A stretch of DNA of 64,000 bases from an uncultured Acidobacteriota bacterium (GTDB lineage: Bacteria; Acidobacteriota; Thermoanaerobaculia; UBA5066; Gp7-AA6): NCBI GenBank assembly GCA_963843325.1, contig CAWJKC010000003.1, forward strand, positions 520,160-584,159, in the 5' to 3' direction. Numbering within the stretch: position 1 is the stretch's first letter; each line of letters begins with the position of its first letter. This document shows positions 1-11,577 of the stretch, piece by piece. Made by a program: the position numbers and the translations under genes. The notes below the pieces were generated by a model. The model ran no database searches and had not been told where the DNA came from. It worked only from the letters and a program-made list of their open reading frames with translations.

Positions 1-361
1 AAGCGCTGGCCGCGGCCTCGCGCGCGATCTCGGCGGCGCGGCGGTTGATCTCGAGCGCCTTGTCGGCGAGGCCGTACTCGGCGAGCACGAGCGGCGTCCC
101 GCCGAACGTGTTCGTCTCGACCATGTCGGCCCCCGCGGCGAAGTACTCCTCGTGCATGCGCCGGACGACGTCGGGCCGCGTCAGGACCAGGTTCTCGTTG
201 CAGCCCTCGAGCTCCGGGCCGCCGAAGTCCTCGGCGGTCAGGTCCTGGCCCTGCATCCACGTGCCGGTCGCGCCGTCGAGCACGAGGATGCGCTCGGCGA
301 GGAGCTCCTGGAGCGCCTCGGCCCGTTCGCGCTGGGTGCGGCCGTCCGGAGGAGTCGGCAT
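1..361 (-). CDS. metH: methionine synthase, N-terminal homocysteine S-methyltransferase domain (5' end only, continues past left edge)
   Basis: Not in the ORF track (no stop in window). My reverse-strand translation from ATG at 361 reads [98 protein letters not shown]... This is the typical opening of the Hcy-binding domain. Confidence 0.75.
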   Translation of the reverse strand, partial: MPTPPDGRTQRERAEALQELLAERILVLDGATGTWMQGQDLTAEDFGGPELEGCNENLVLTRPDVVRRMHEEYFAAGADMVETNTFGGTPLVLAEYGLADKALEINRRAAEIAREAAASA

Positions 362-458
362 AAGAACCCGTAATTATGCATGGACGGGCCATCCGGGTGC
401 GGAGACGCCGGCGCGAGCCCTTCGCGCTTCACCGCGCCCTGATATCCTCGGCGCCCGC

Positions 459-1842
459 ATGAGCCGCAACGCCCCTACCATCGTCGTGATCGGCGGAGGC
501 TTCAGCGGGACCGCGGTCGCCACCCATCTGCTGCGCCGCGGCGCTCCGGCGCGCGTCGTGCTCGTCAACCGCTACGGGCCCATCGGCCGCGGCGTGGCCT
601 ACGGCACCCGCATCGAGGCGCACGTCCTGAACGTGCCCGCGGGAGGAATGAGCGCGCTCGCGGACGACCCCGACCACTTCGTGCGCTGGGCGCGCACGCG
701 CGACGACGCCATCCGCGCCGACACGTACGTCTCGCGCCGGCTCTACGGGGAGTATCTCGAGTCCGTTCTGCGCGAGGCCGAGCAGCATGCGCCGCGGGCG
801 GCGCGTCTCGAGCGCCTGGTCGGCGTCGCGCGCGACGTGGACGTGCGGCCCGACGGCGCGTCGGCCGAGGTGGTCTTCGCCGGCGCCCGGCTCACGGCCG
901 ACCACGTCGTGCTCGCTCTCGGCAACTACTCCCCCGCAAACCCGGCCGCCGTCGGCGGCGAGTTCTACGACACGGACCGCTACATCCGGGACCCGTGGAT
1001 CCGCGGATCCCTCGACGTCATCCGCGAGGGCGAATCCGTGCTGATGCTCGGCTCGGGCCTGACGATGATGGACATCGCGCTCGATCTGGCGGGACGCGGC
1101 GTTCGTCTTCCGCTCTTCGCGGTCTCGCGCCACGGGCTGCTGCCCCGCGGCCCACGTTCCGGGAACGGGCCATTCCGCGGCCGACGCGTGGCCCCCGGGC
1201 CTCGACAAGGCGCCGCACACGATCGCGCGCTACGTCCGTCTCGTCCGCGGCGCACGCCGCGCGCGCGCGCCGAGCAACGGCGGCGACTGGCGCGAGGTCA
1301 TCGGCGCGCTGCGCGTCGCGACGCCGGCCCTGTGGGAACGCCTGGACCCCGTCGAGCGCGCGCGCTTCCTGCGCCACGTCCGGCCCTGGTGGGACGTCCA
1401 CCGCCACCGCGCCGCGCCCGCCACCGCGCAGGCCATCGAGAAGATGGTCGCCTCGGGCGACCTCTCGGTGCGCGCCGCGCGGATCCTCGGATACCGTTCG
1501 GTCGCCAGGGAGGTCGAGGTCACGATCCGCCCGCGGGGCGCCTCCGCGGCGGGCCGCGTCCACGTGGATCGGGTCGTCAACTGCACGGGCCCGTCGACCG
1601 ACGTGCGCCGGGTCGGCGACGCGCTGCTCGAAGCGCTGCTCGCGCGCCGCCTCGTCCGCCCCGACCCGCTGTCCCTCGGCCTCGAGACGGATGCCGCCAA
1701 CGCCCTGCTCGACGGCGCCGGCCGCCCTTCGCGCGTCCTGTCGCTCGTCGGGCCGCTGTTGAAGGCCGGATTCTGGGAGGCCACCGCGGTGCCCGAGCTG
1801 CGCCAGCACGCGGCGCGCCTGGCCGAGCGCCTCCTGCCCTAG
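459..1842 (+). CDS. FAD/NAD(P)-binding oxidoreductase (YdhS-like), one frame break as assembled
   Basis: ATG 459 lies in the frame of ORF 45..1919: [25 protein letters not shown] (GxGxxG Rossmann). It reads well to about 1150, then continues from about 1201 in the frame of ORF 1444..1842 ([14 protein letters not shown]...[10 protein letters not shown]...VVNCTGP). The part of ORF 45.. upstream of 459 is antisense to metH. Confidence 0.75.
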
Positions 1843-1881
1843 CTCCGCCGCCGCCGCGACATACAATCGCGGCCGACCTGC

Positions 1882-4468
1882 ATGCCCATTTCACCCGGAA
1901 CACGGCTCGGACCCTATGAAGTGCTCGCGCCCATCGGCGCGGGCGGGATGGGAGAGGTCTACCGCGCGCGCGACGCGAAGCTCGGGCGCGACATCGCGGT
2001 CAAGGTCCTGCCTTCGGCGACCGCCTCGGATCCGGATCGCCGCCAGCGCTTCGAGCTCGAGGCGCGCGTCGGCCTCGGCCCTGAATCACCCGAACATCCT
2101 GACCGTCTACGACATCGGCGAGGCGGACGGCTCGCTCTACATCGCCATGGAGCTCGTCGAGGGCAAGACGCTGCGCGAGCTCGTCGCCTCGGGCGAGCCG
2201 CGTGCCGACGAAGAAGCTGCTCGACTATCGCGGTGCAGACCGCCGAGGGCCTCGCCAAGGCGCACGCCGCCGGCATCGTCCACCGCGATCTCAAGCCCGA
2301 GAACCTGATGGTGTCGAAGGACGGCTACGTCAAGATCCTGGACTTCGGCCTCGCCAAGCTGACGGAGACGGTCTCGCAGGACGCGTCCGTGCTCCCGACC
2401 GCGATCGCGGCGCCGACGCAGCCGGGCACGGTCATGGGAACGGCCGGCTACATGTCGCCCGAGCAGGCGAGCGGCCAGTCGGTGGACTACCGCTCCGACC
2501 AGTTCACGCTCGGCGCGATCCTCTACGAGATGGCGACCGGCAAGCGCGCCTTCCAGAGGAAGACGGGCGCCGAGACGCTCGTCGCGATCATCAAGGAGGA
2601 GCCCGAGCCGATCTCGCCAGGCCGCCCCGAAGGCTCCGGCGCCCGTGCGCTGGATCGTCGAGCGCCTGCTCGCCAAGGACCCCGAGGAGCGCTACGCCTC
2701 GACGCAAGGACCTCGCGCGCGACCTCAAGAGCGTGCGCGATCATCTGACCGAGACCTCCCGTCCGGAGGCCTCGAGGCGGCCGGGCCGGTGAAAGCGCGC
2801 CGCCGCGGCTGGGCGCTTGCCCGCGGTCGCCGCGCTCGCCGTCGGGATCGCTGCGGGCTTCCTGCTGCGCAACCTCGTCGGCCGCGAAAACGGGCCCGCC
2901 TCCGCCAGATCAAGCGCAGCTGACCTACTCGCGCGGCGCGATCCGCACCGCGCGATTCGCTCCCGACGGCCAGACGATCGTCTACGGCGCGGCGTGGGAG
3001 GGACTGCCCTCTCGAGATCTTCTCGACGCGGGCGGACAGCTCCGAGTCGCGCTCGCTCGGCCTGCCGAGCGCGGACGTGCTCGCGATCTCGTCCACGGGA
3101 GAGCTCGCGATCTCCCTGGACCGCCGCTACACTGTTCGGATTCGAATCGGTCGGAACGCTGGCGCGCGTGCCGCTCGCCGGCGGCGCGCCGCGCGAGGTC
3201 CTCGAAGACGTGGAGGACGCCGACTGGTCGCCGGACGGCACGAACCTCGCCGTCACGCGCGTCGTGGGCAATCGCGGCCGCGTCGAGTATCCCGATCGGG
3301 AAGGTGCTCTACGACACCGCCGGCTGGGCGAGCAGCGTCCGTGTCTCGCCGGACGGGCGCCTCGTCGCCTTCATCGACCACCCGCAGAAGGGCGACAACA
3401 ACGGCAACCTGAAGGTCGTCGATGCGAGCGGGAAGGTCCGGTTGACCGGCCCGTTCTCCATCCGCGGCGTCGCCTGGTCGCCGCGCGGGGACGAGGTCTT
3501 GTCGAGCGGGAGCAGCGGCATCTAGGCGACGTCCCTCGACGGGAAGGACGCGGTTCGTCTGGCTCGCTCCCGGCGGCGGCGTCGCCGACATCGCCCGCGA
3601 CGGCCGCGATCCTCTGCTGCATGAACGCCTCGCGGCGCGAGATGGTCGGTCTGGCTCCGGGCGAAAAGACCGAGCGCAACCTGACCTGGCTCAACTGGTC
3701 GTTTCCGAACGACATCTCCTCCGACGGCGGAACCGTTCTCTTCAACGAACAGAACCTCCGAGCCGCATGGGCCTCTACCTGCGAAAGCTCGACGGCTCGC
3801 CCGCCGTGCGCCTCGGCGAGGGCAACGCGGTCGGCTTCTCGCCCGACGGCCGCTGGGCGCTCTCGATCAAGGAACTGGAGAACGGCCAGTTCACGCTCCT
3901 GCCGACCGGAGCCGGAGAGCCGAAAGAGCTCGCGAAGACGGGCATCTCCATCAACTCCGCGACGTACTTTCCGGACGGAAAGCGGATCCTCATCACGGGC
4001 AACGAACCGGGACACGGCGTCCGGCTCTTCGTGCAGGACATCGCCGGCGGAAAGCCCCGCGCCATCAGCCCGGAGGGCGTCAGCTTCATCTTCCCGACGA
4101 TCTCCCCGGACGGAAAGTCGGTCGTCGCCACCGGACCGGACCGCCGGCTCGCCATCTACCCGATCGAGCCCGGCGAGCCTCGTCCGCTGCCCGGGCCAGG
4201 ATCCCGAGGACGTTCCGTTGCGATGGACGCCCGACGGGACCGCGATCTTCGTCTACCACCCGTCCGCGCCGCCGCTGCGCGTCGAGACGATCGACGTCAA
4301 GACCGGCAAACGCGCGCTCTGGAAGGAGCTCCGGCCGCCCGATCCGTCCGGCGTCGAGCAGGTCGGCCCGATCCAGATCTCGCCGGACGAGAAGTCTTAC
4401 GTGTATTCCTACCGCCGCGCGCTCGACGAGCTGCGTACCTCGCGACCGGGCTCCGCTGGAGCGCATGA
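1882..4468 (+). pseudogene. Ser/Thr protein kinase - TM - TolB/WD40-like beta-propeller protein, copy A, heavily frame-disrupted as assembled
   Basis: Kinase motifs [27 protein letters not shown] and GTAGYMSPE. One TM helix (LPAVAALAVGIAAGFLL, about 2815-2880). Propeller repeats (FAPDGQTIVY, DWSPDG, VSPDGRLVAF, FSPDGRW, ISPDGKS). Reading it through needs about 16 frame changes across ORFs 1882..2748, 1916..2308, 2202..2792, 2645..2923, 2817.., 3077..3412, 3304..3525 and 3767..4468, plus an in-frame TAG at 3523-3525. Confidence 0.8.
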
Positions 4469-7054
4469 GCTCTCGGCCGCAGCGAGGAACGAAGCTCGGA
4501 CCCTACGAGATCCTCGCGCCGCTCGGCGCGGGCGGGATGGGCGAGGTCTACCGGGCGCGCGACGCGAAGCTCGGGCGCGAGATCGCGATCAAGGTGCTGT
4601 CGGGCGCGACCGCGTCGGATCCGGATCGGCGCCAGCGCTTCGAGCTCGAGGCGCGCGCGGCCTCGGCGCTGAACCACCCGAACATCCTCACGGTCCACGA
4701 CGTCGGCGAGGCCGACGGGACCGTCTACATCGCGATGGAGCTCGTCGACGGAAAGACGCTGCGCGAGCTCGTCGCCTCGGGCGAGCCGCTGCCGACGAAG
4801 AAGCTCCTCGACGTCGCCGCCCAGACCGCCGAGGGCCTGGCCAAGGCGCACGCCGCCGGCATCGTGCACCGGGATCTGAAGCCCGAGAACCTGATGGTCT
4901 CGAAGGACGGCTACGTCAAGATCCTCGACTTCGGCCTGGCCAAGCTGACCGAGACCGCGGCTCCAGGACGCAGTCCGGTCGCGCCGACCGCGATCGCCGC
5001 GCCGACCGAGCCCGGCACCGTCATGGGCACGGCCGGCTACATGTCGCCCGAGCAGGCGAGCGGCCAGCCCGTCGACTACCGCTCCGACCAGTTCTCGCTC
5101 GGCGCGATCCTCTACGAGATGGCGACCGGCAAGCGCGCCTTCCAGAGAAAGACCGGCGCCGAGACGCTCGTCGCGATCATCCGGGAAGAGCCCGAGCCGA
5201 TCGCCCAGCTCGCGCCGAAGGCCCCGGCGCCCGTGCGCTGGATCGTCGAGCGCTGCCTCGCCAAGGACCCCGACGAGCGCTACGCCTCGACCCGGGACCT
5301 CGCGCGGGAGATCGAAGAGCCTTCGCGACCACCTGTCGGAAACATCCGGATCCGGCGGGCTCGAGGCCGCCGAGCCCGCGAGGACGAAGCGCCGCGGCTG
5401 GCTCGTGCCGGCCCTTTTCGCGCTCGTGCTCGGCGCGGCGCTCGGCGTCGCCGTGAAGCAGTTGCTGGGACGCAAGCCCGCGCCCCAGATCCAGTTCCAG
5501 CAGCTGACGTTCCAGCGCGGCCAGGTCCTGTCGGCGCGGTTTGCTCCCGACGGGCAGACGATCGTCTACAGCGCCGCGTGGGAGGGCCGCAAGCCCGAGG
5601 TCTTCACGACGCGGCCCGACAGCGCCGAGTCGCGGTCCCTCGACCTGCCCGGAGCCATGGTGCTCGCGGTCTCGCTCGACCGGCGAGGTCGCCGTCTCGC
5701 TGAACCGCCACTTCGTCATCGGCTACGAGGGCACGGGGACGCTCGCGCGCGTGCCGCTGGCCGGGGGCTCGCCGCGAGAAATCCTCGAGGGCGCGCAGGA
5801 CGCCGACTGGTCTCCCGACGGCAAGGAGCTGGCGGTCTGCCGCGTGGCGGGCAACCGGAGCCGGGTCGAGTACCCCGTCGGCAAGGTCCTCTACGAGGCG
5901 GCGGGCTGGGTGCGGAGCGTCCGCGTTTCGCCGGACGGCCGGCTGCTCGCGTTCGTCGACTGCGCGCAGCGCGGCAACAACGACGGCCACCTGAAGATCG
6001 TGGACACGAACGGCAAGCTCCGGCTCGACGGGCCGATCGTGAGAGGCGACGGAACGCTCGCCTGGTCCGCGAACGGGAGACGAGGTGTGGTGCGGGCGAG
6101 TCACCGGCGTCGGACAGATCAACGCCGTTTCCGTCGACGGAAAGGTCCGCCCCGTCTGGACCTCCCCTCTGGCGTCGCTCGAGGATCTCTCGCGCGACGG
6201 GCGCGTGCTGCTCACCGAGTCGACCGCCCGCCGCGAGCTCGTCGGGTTCGGCCGCGACGGAGCGCCGCACAACCTCACGGCGCTCAACTGGTCGTTTCCG
6301 AGCGACATCTCCGCCGACGGCAACACCGTTCTCTTCTACGAGCAGATCCGCCAGCCGCCCGGCGTCTACGTGCGCAAGCTCGACGGCTCGCCCGCGGTGC
6401 GGCTGGCCGACGGCGAGGGCTACGGATTTTCGCCGGACGGCCGGTTCGCGCTGACGGTCAAGCTTCCCGAGCGCCGGCCGATCATCCTCGTCCCGACGGG
6501 CGCGGGCGAGTCGAAGACCCTGGACGTCGGCAACATCACGTTCGCCTGGGCCAACTGGTTCCCGGACGGAAAGCGAATCCTGGTCAACGGCCGCGAGGGC
6601 GGCAAGGGCGGCGCGCGCCTGTTCGTCCTGGACGTGTCGGGCGGCGCACCGAAGCCGATCTCTCCGGAAGGCGTCTCGATCGTCGCACAGTCCATCTCCC
6701 CCGACGGCAGGTCCATCGTGGCCCGCGGGCCGGACGGCCGGGTCGCGATCTATCCGGCCGAGGGTGGCGGCCAGCCGCGCCCGGTCCCGGGGGTCGAGCC
6801 GGAGGAGATCCCGCTGCGCTGGACGTCGGACGGGCGCTCGATCTATGTCTCGCGGCTTTCGGCGCTGCCGGGGGTCATCGACCTCGTGGACATCGCCACC
6901 GGGACGCCGGACGAAGTGGAAGGAATTCCAGCCCGTCGACGCGAGCGGCGTCGAGCAGGCCGGCCCCGCGATGATCTCGCCCGACGGCACGACTTACGTG
7001 TATTCGTTCCGGCGCGTGCTCGGGGACCTCTTCCTCGCGACCGGAATGCGCTAA
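4465..7054 (+). CDS. Ser/Thr protein kinase - TM - TolB/WD40-like beta-propeller protein, copy B (4 frame breaks as assembled)
   Basis: Paralog of copy A with the same architecture. ORFs 4465..5703, 5405..6454, 5541..6974, 6085..7221 and 6764..7054 join into one protein, with breaks near 5318, 5672, 6085 and 6915. It ends ...YVYSFRRVLGDLFLATGMR. ATG 4465 overlaps the upstream TGA (ATGA). Confidence 0.85.
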
Positions 7055-7097
7055 CGTCGCTCCGCTTGCTGCGGGGCCTGCGCCCTGCGGGCGCACC

Positions 7098-7136
7098 GGC
7101 TTGCGGCTCGCGCGGATGCGCGCTCGACCGCAAGCC
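7098..7136. terminator. imperfect GC-rich hairpin between convergent genes (possible bidirectional terminator)
   Basis: ggcttgcgg (7098-7106) pairs with ccgcaagcc (7128-7136), with an inner cgcgc/gcgcg stem. There is no clear T-run, so function is uncertain. Confidence 0.25.
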
Positions 7137-7198
7137 TGGCCTCCTTGCTGCGCTTCGCTCCCGCGGCGCGAACCTCCTCCCTCCCTTCGGTCGGGAGA

Positions 7199-8393
7199 CT
7201 ATTCGCGCCGCGAGCACGTGACCCGACGCCTGACGTCCGAGGAGCTCAGCCGAACGAGCCGCACGGCGGCGCGCGCGGCCGCGAGGTAGACGGGCTTCGG
7301 GTTCAGGGCGTGCTCGCGCAGGCACGCCTCGGTGAACTTGATCGCGTGCTCGTCGCCGGTCGCGAGCGCGCGGTCCACGAGATCCTCGCGGTCGCCCTTC
7401 GGCGCCGGCGAGGGGGCCGGGTTCGACCACTTCCCGCCGCTCGCCGCGTACAGCGCCGCGGCGCCCTGCCAGCCGTAGCGCAGCAGCGTTCCGCGCGCGT
7501 TCGCATCGAGGTGCGGCAGGAGAAGACGAATCGCGCTGGGACCGGTCACGGCGTGGATGTAGGTGATGACGCTGCCGGGCGGCACGTTCTCGACATAGAC
7601 AGTTGCGAACGTCTCGGTGAGGCTCGAGATGAACGCCGACGCGTCGCCGGATGCGTCCACCATGTTCGCCACGCCCGGCAAAGGGAGCAAAGCGATCGAG
7701 CGGCGCGAGGCGGTCGGTGATGTTGCCGGTGTGGATCTGCCGGTCGGCGGGAAGCGACACGACCTCGGGCATCGCCGCGAGCGGCGTGCGATGGCCCGCG
7801 GCCGCGGCCGACTCGGGGAGGACTTCCCAGGTCGCGGCCCAGTAGCCGAGCCCCTCCGCGAGCTCGCGCCGCCGCGCGCGCGATTCCCGCGCGTCGAGAC
7901 TGCGCACCGCGTGCGCCGTGCGGATCACTCCGTGAAACGCCGCCGCGATGACGCCTGGCGCGAGGCGCGGCACCCACTCGGAGAGCACGTCCTTCCACGG
8001 ACGCTCCTCGACCTGCCGGTCGAAGAACACGATCCAGTCGCCGACGCGGCTGTCCTTGCCGAGCGCATCGCGCCAGGCCTTCGGATCGATCGGCTGTCCG
8101 CCCGCGGGATGATCGTAGAGGCGGCGCCGGTACGACTCGACCCAGGGCACGACCGCGTCGGGACGGCCGAGGACCACGAGCGCCTCGGCGGCCATCGGTC
8201 CGTGGTTGGCGAGACGTCCCGCGTACTCGGGACCCGTCTTCGCGAGCAGGCCGAGGGCTTCTTCCATCGCCTCGGCGCCGCGCGTCGTCTTGTCCATGGA
8301 TGCTCCGGTTGCGGAGAGGAGTCGCGGGGCCACACAGGCGGCGGAAGCGGCGGTCGCCGCGTGGCGAAGAAACCGGCGCCGGGACTGTGTCAT
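7199..8393 (-). CDS. questin-oxidase-like (DUF4243) protein with Tat-type signal, one frame break
   Basis: MTQSRRRFLRHAATAASAAC (twin-arginine signal), then HGPMAAEAL...AAFHGVIRTAHAVRSL in ORF 6843..8393. It continues in ORF 7199..7690 (ITYIHAVTGPSAIRLLLPHL...GDEHAIKFTEACL), with the break near 7690. Confidence 0.7.
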
Positions 8394-8489
8394 GACCCGA
8401 TCGAATCATACGCCCCGGGACGAGCGTCCCGAGACGCAGGTGGTATTCCTGAGCAAATCGTTCACACTGGAGTAGTCTCCGTGCAAGCC

Positions 8490-11400
8490 ATGTCTCCGCG
8501 AGCGTCCGGCGTTGCCTTTGCGCTCCTGTTCAGTGCCAGCACTCTGTTGGGACAGGCGTACGAAATCGCGCGCCAGTTCATCCTCGGGGGCGGCACTCCG
8601 CGAACGGCGATGGTCGCCGCGTCGGACGGAAACTTCTACGGAACGGACTACTACGGCGGCGAGTTCGGCGCCGGGACGATCTTCCGCATGGTTCCCGATG
8701 GATCTGGCGGATTCACCTACGAACTCCTCTGGTCGTTCCACGGCCCCGACGGGGACAACGTGCGGGACATCGTCCAGGCAGCCGACTCGAAACTCTATGG
8801 CGTCAGCGTCCAGGCTGGGGAGCTCCGGGCCGGAACGGCCTTCGTGTTCGACCCTTCTTCCGCCTCCCTCGTCCGGCTGCACAGTTTCGTTCCAACGAGT
8901 AACGATCTCTTCGGCCCAATCGGGCCCTCGCGCCTCGTGCAGGCGGCCGACGGACAGTTCTATGGTGTCGTCTATGCCGGGGGCGCTCAGAGTTGGGGGG
9001 GACTCTTTCGGCTCAGCCCCTCCGGCGATTTCTCCGTGCTGCATGATTTCTACGCCGGACCCGAGGGTGTGGCGCCGTTCGGCGCACTCCTGCAGGCATC
9101 CGATGGATTTCTCTACGGCGTCACGTCGTTGGGTGCGGGCGGGACCGGCCCAACCCCGCAGGCTGCAAATCCCGCGCACGATCCAAGAATTGCGCGCCCC
9201 GATGGCGGTGGGCCTCCGGGCTGGGGCACGATCTACCGCGCCGACCTCTCCGGGGCGGTGACGCCGATCCACGTCTTCTCTTCGGCCGAGGCGATGTTTC
9301 CCAACGGCGACCTCATCGAAGGGCTCGACGGGGTCCTCTACGGGACGGCCTACGAGGGAGGAACAGGAGGAGTGGGGACCATCTTCCGCTGCGACAAGTC
9401 CGGAAACTTCGCCGTGATCTTCAACTTCCCCTCCTCGGACGGCGCCGCATATCCGTCGGCCGGGCTGACGCGCAGCACCGATGGATCCTTCTACGGAACG
9501 ACCTTGATTGGAGGCCCCGCGGGAGGCGGAGTCGTCTTTCGGATCACTCCCGCGGGTGACTTCACGACCATCGCTTCGTTCCCGAGCGCCGGTGCACCGC
9601 AGATCGCTCATCCGGTCGCCTCCGTCACGCTGGCTCCCGACGGAAGCCTGTGGGGCACGGCCGCGGACGGGGGATTCGACAACGCCGGCGGCGTCTTCCG
9701 CATTCCCCTCCCGGACACCGGCCTGCAGATCCTCCACGAGAACGGCATCAATGTCGCGGCCTTCCCCGTTGGTGTCCTCGCCGAAACTCCGGACGGCACT
9801 CTCTGGGGAACGGCCGGGGGCGGAGCCCTCGGCCTGGGAACGGTGTTCAGCCTGGCCGGCGGTCCCCGGCGCCCCGTGCTCGTCCACGACTTTGCGGGAC
9901 CCGACGGCGCAGTGCCGCACGATCTCTGGGCCGCGACGGACGGGAACCTCTACGGAACGACGAGCCAGCAGGGACCCAACGGCGCGGGCACCGTGTTTCG
10001 GATCGACAGCACATCGGGAGCATTGACAACGCTCCACGGTTTCGCCGGAGCCGATGGAAGTGACCCGGAGGCCGGAGTGATCCAGGCGACCGATGGCAAC
10101 CTGTATGGAACCACGTCCACCGGCGGGGCCTTCGGAGTCGGCACGCTGTTTCGCATGGATCTTGCGGGCAGCCTCACCACCCTGGCGGATTTTGGTCTCT
10201 CCGATGAACCTTCCCGGCCGATCGGGCGGCTGCTCCAGGCCGCGGACGGAGACCTCTACGGCGCAAGCGTCGGGGGCGGAGCCGAGTTCGCGGGCACCGT
10301 GTATCGCAGCACTCTCTCGGGCGGCCTCACGACGCTCCACAGCTTCGGGACCAACGGCGAGTTCCCGACGACCGGCCTCATTCAGGCTGCGGACGGCAAC
10401 TTCTATGCGGCATCCGGATTCAGCCTGGCGCCCGCCGCGATCTACCGGATCGACAGCTCCGGCACGTTTGCCGGAATTTACGGTTTCGCCGGGGCCGACG
10501 GACCGCAGGCGCCGCTGCTCCAGGCCAGCGACGGACGGCTGTACGGAACCACCGCGCCCGGCGCCTCCGTCTTTCGCCTCGACCTTTCCGGCCAGAACTT
10601 CGAGACCCTCCGCGATTTCGGCACTACCACGCTGGGCGGCCTCATGCAGGCGTCGGACGGCATGCTCTACGGCGCCGCTGCGAGCGGAGGATGGGGCGGC
10701 GCCGGTCTGGTCTATCGGCTCGACCTGAACGACTCTGCCCCGTCGATCGCTTCCCTCTCACCCACTTCGGGGCGCGCCGCGGGCGGCGTGATCGTGACGA
10801 TCGCGGGCGACCACTTCCATCCCGACCTTACGACGAACCCGCCGGATTCGTCTCCTTTCGACACGCACACGATCTTCCATGCCAGCCCCGCGTTCCCGCC
10901 CGGATCCCTGAACGACTACACCGTGACGAATGCAGACAGCCAGTCGGCGACGCTCTCCGGCGCGTTCTTCGCCGACTTCCTGGATGCCCCCGGCGACAAC
11001 CAGTTTCATGCCGAGATCGAGGCGATCTTCCGCGCCGGAATCACCGCCGGCTGCGGCGGCGGCAGCTACTGCACCGACGCGCCGGCCTCGCGCGCGCAGA
11101 TGGCCGTCCTGCTCCTCAAGGTCGAGCACGGTCCGGCATACGCGCCGCCCCCGTGCGCGGGCATTTTCCCCGACGTCGTCTGCCCCTCTCTCTTCGCCGA
11201 CTGGATCGAGCAGTTCGCCGCCGAAGAACTCACGGCCGGCTGCGGCGGCGGCAACTACTGCCCGCAGGACACCGGTCACGCGCGCCCAGCTCGCGGTGCT
11301 CATCCTGAAGTATCGAGCATGGCTCCGCGTATGTGCCACCCATCTGCGCGGGCATCTTCCGGGACGTGCCGTGCCCGAGCCCGTTCGCCGACTGGATCGA

Positions 11401-11518
11401 GCAGTTCGCGGCGGAAAAGATCACGGTCGGCTGCGGCAACGGCGACTACTGCCCCGACAGCCCGACGACGCGCGGCCAGATGGCGGTGTTTCTCACGAGG
11501 GCGCTCGCCTTTCCGTAG
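8490..11518 (+). CDS. secreted giant repeat protein: GloVer-type tandem repeats + IPT/TIG-like domain + three SLH-like Cys-rich C-terminal repeats (2 frame breaks)
   Basis: ATG 8490 (MSPRASGVAFALLFSASTLLGQA) lies in the frame of ORF 7617..11588. I count 14 repeats with the core DG.LYGTT..GG..G.GTVFR. SIASLSPTSGRAAGGVIVTIAGDHF is IPT/TIG-like. The tail is 3 copies of F.D..(C)P..FA.(W)IE....GIT.GCG.G.YCP....TR.QMAV.L.K. Breaks lie near 11270 and 11313, and the end is given by ORF 11333..11518. Confidence 0.8.
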
Positions 11519-11525
11519 CGTGCGG

Positions 11526-11558
11526 AAAAAAACCGGCGGCACCCCGCAGGGCGCCGCC
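11526..11558 (-). terminator. rho-independent terminator of the TonB-dependent receptor gene
   Basis: The minus strand reads ggcggcgccctgcggggtgccgcc followed by ggTTTTTTT: a 10-bp GC stem with one mismatch, then a 7-T run (A-run 11526-11532 on the plus strand). Confidence 0.7.
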
Positions 11559-11577
11559 AAGGCGGCCGGACGGAGCG

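Noticed and set aside
45-458. N-terminal 138 codons of ORF 45..1919
   Set aside because: They overlap the metH 5' end on the opposite strand and have a Ser/Arg/Pro-rich composition. The Rossmann motif begins right after ATG 459.
362-458. Cobalamin or SAM riboswitch in the metH leader
   Set aside because: Only 97 nt are shared by two divergent genes, which is too short for a cobalamin element plus two promoters. I saw no B12-box-like sequence.
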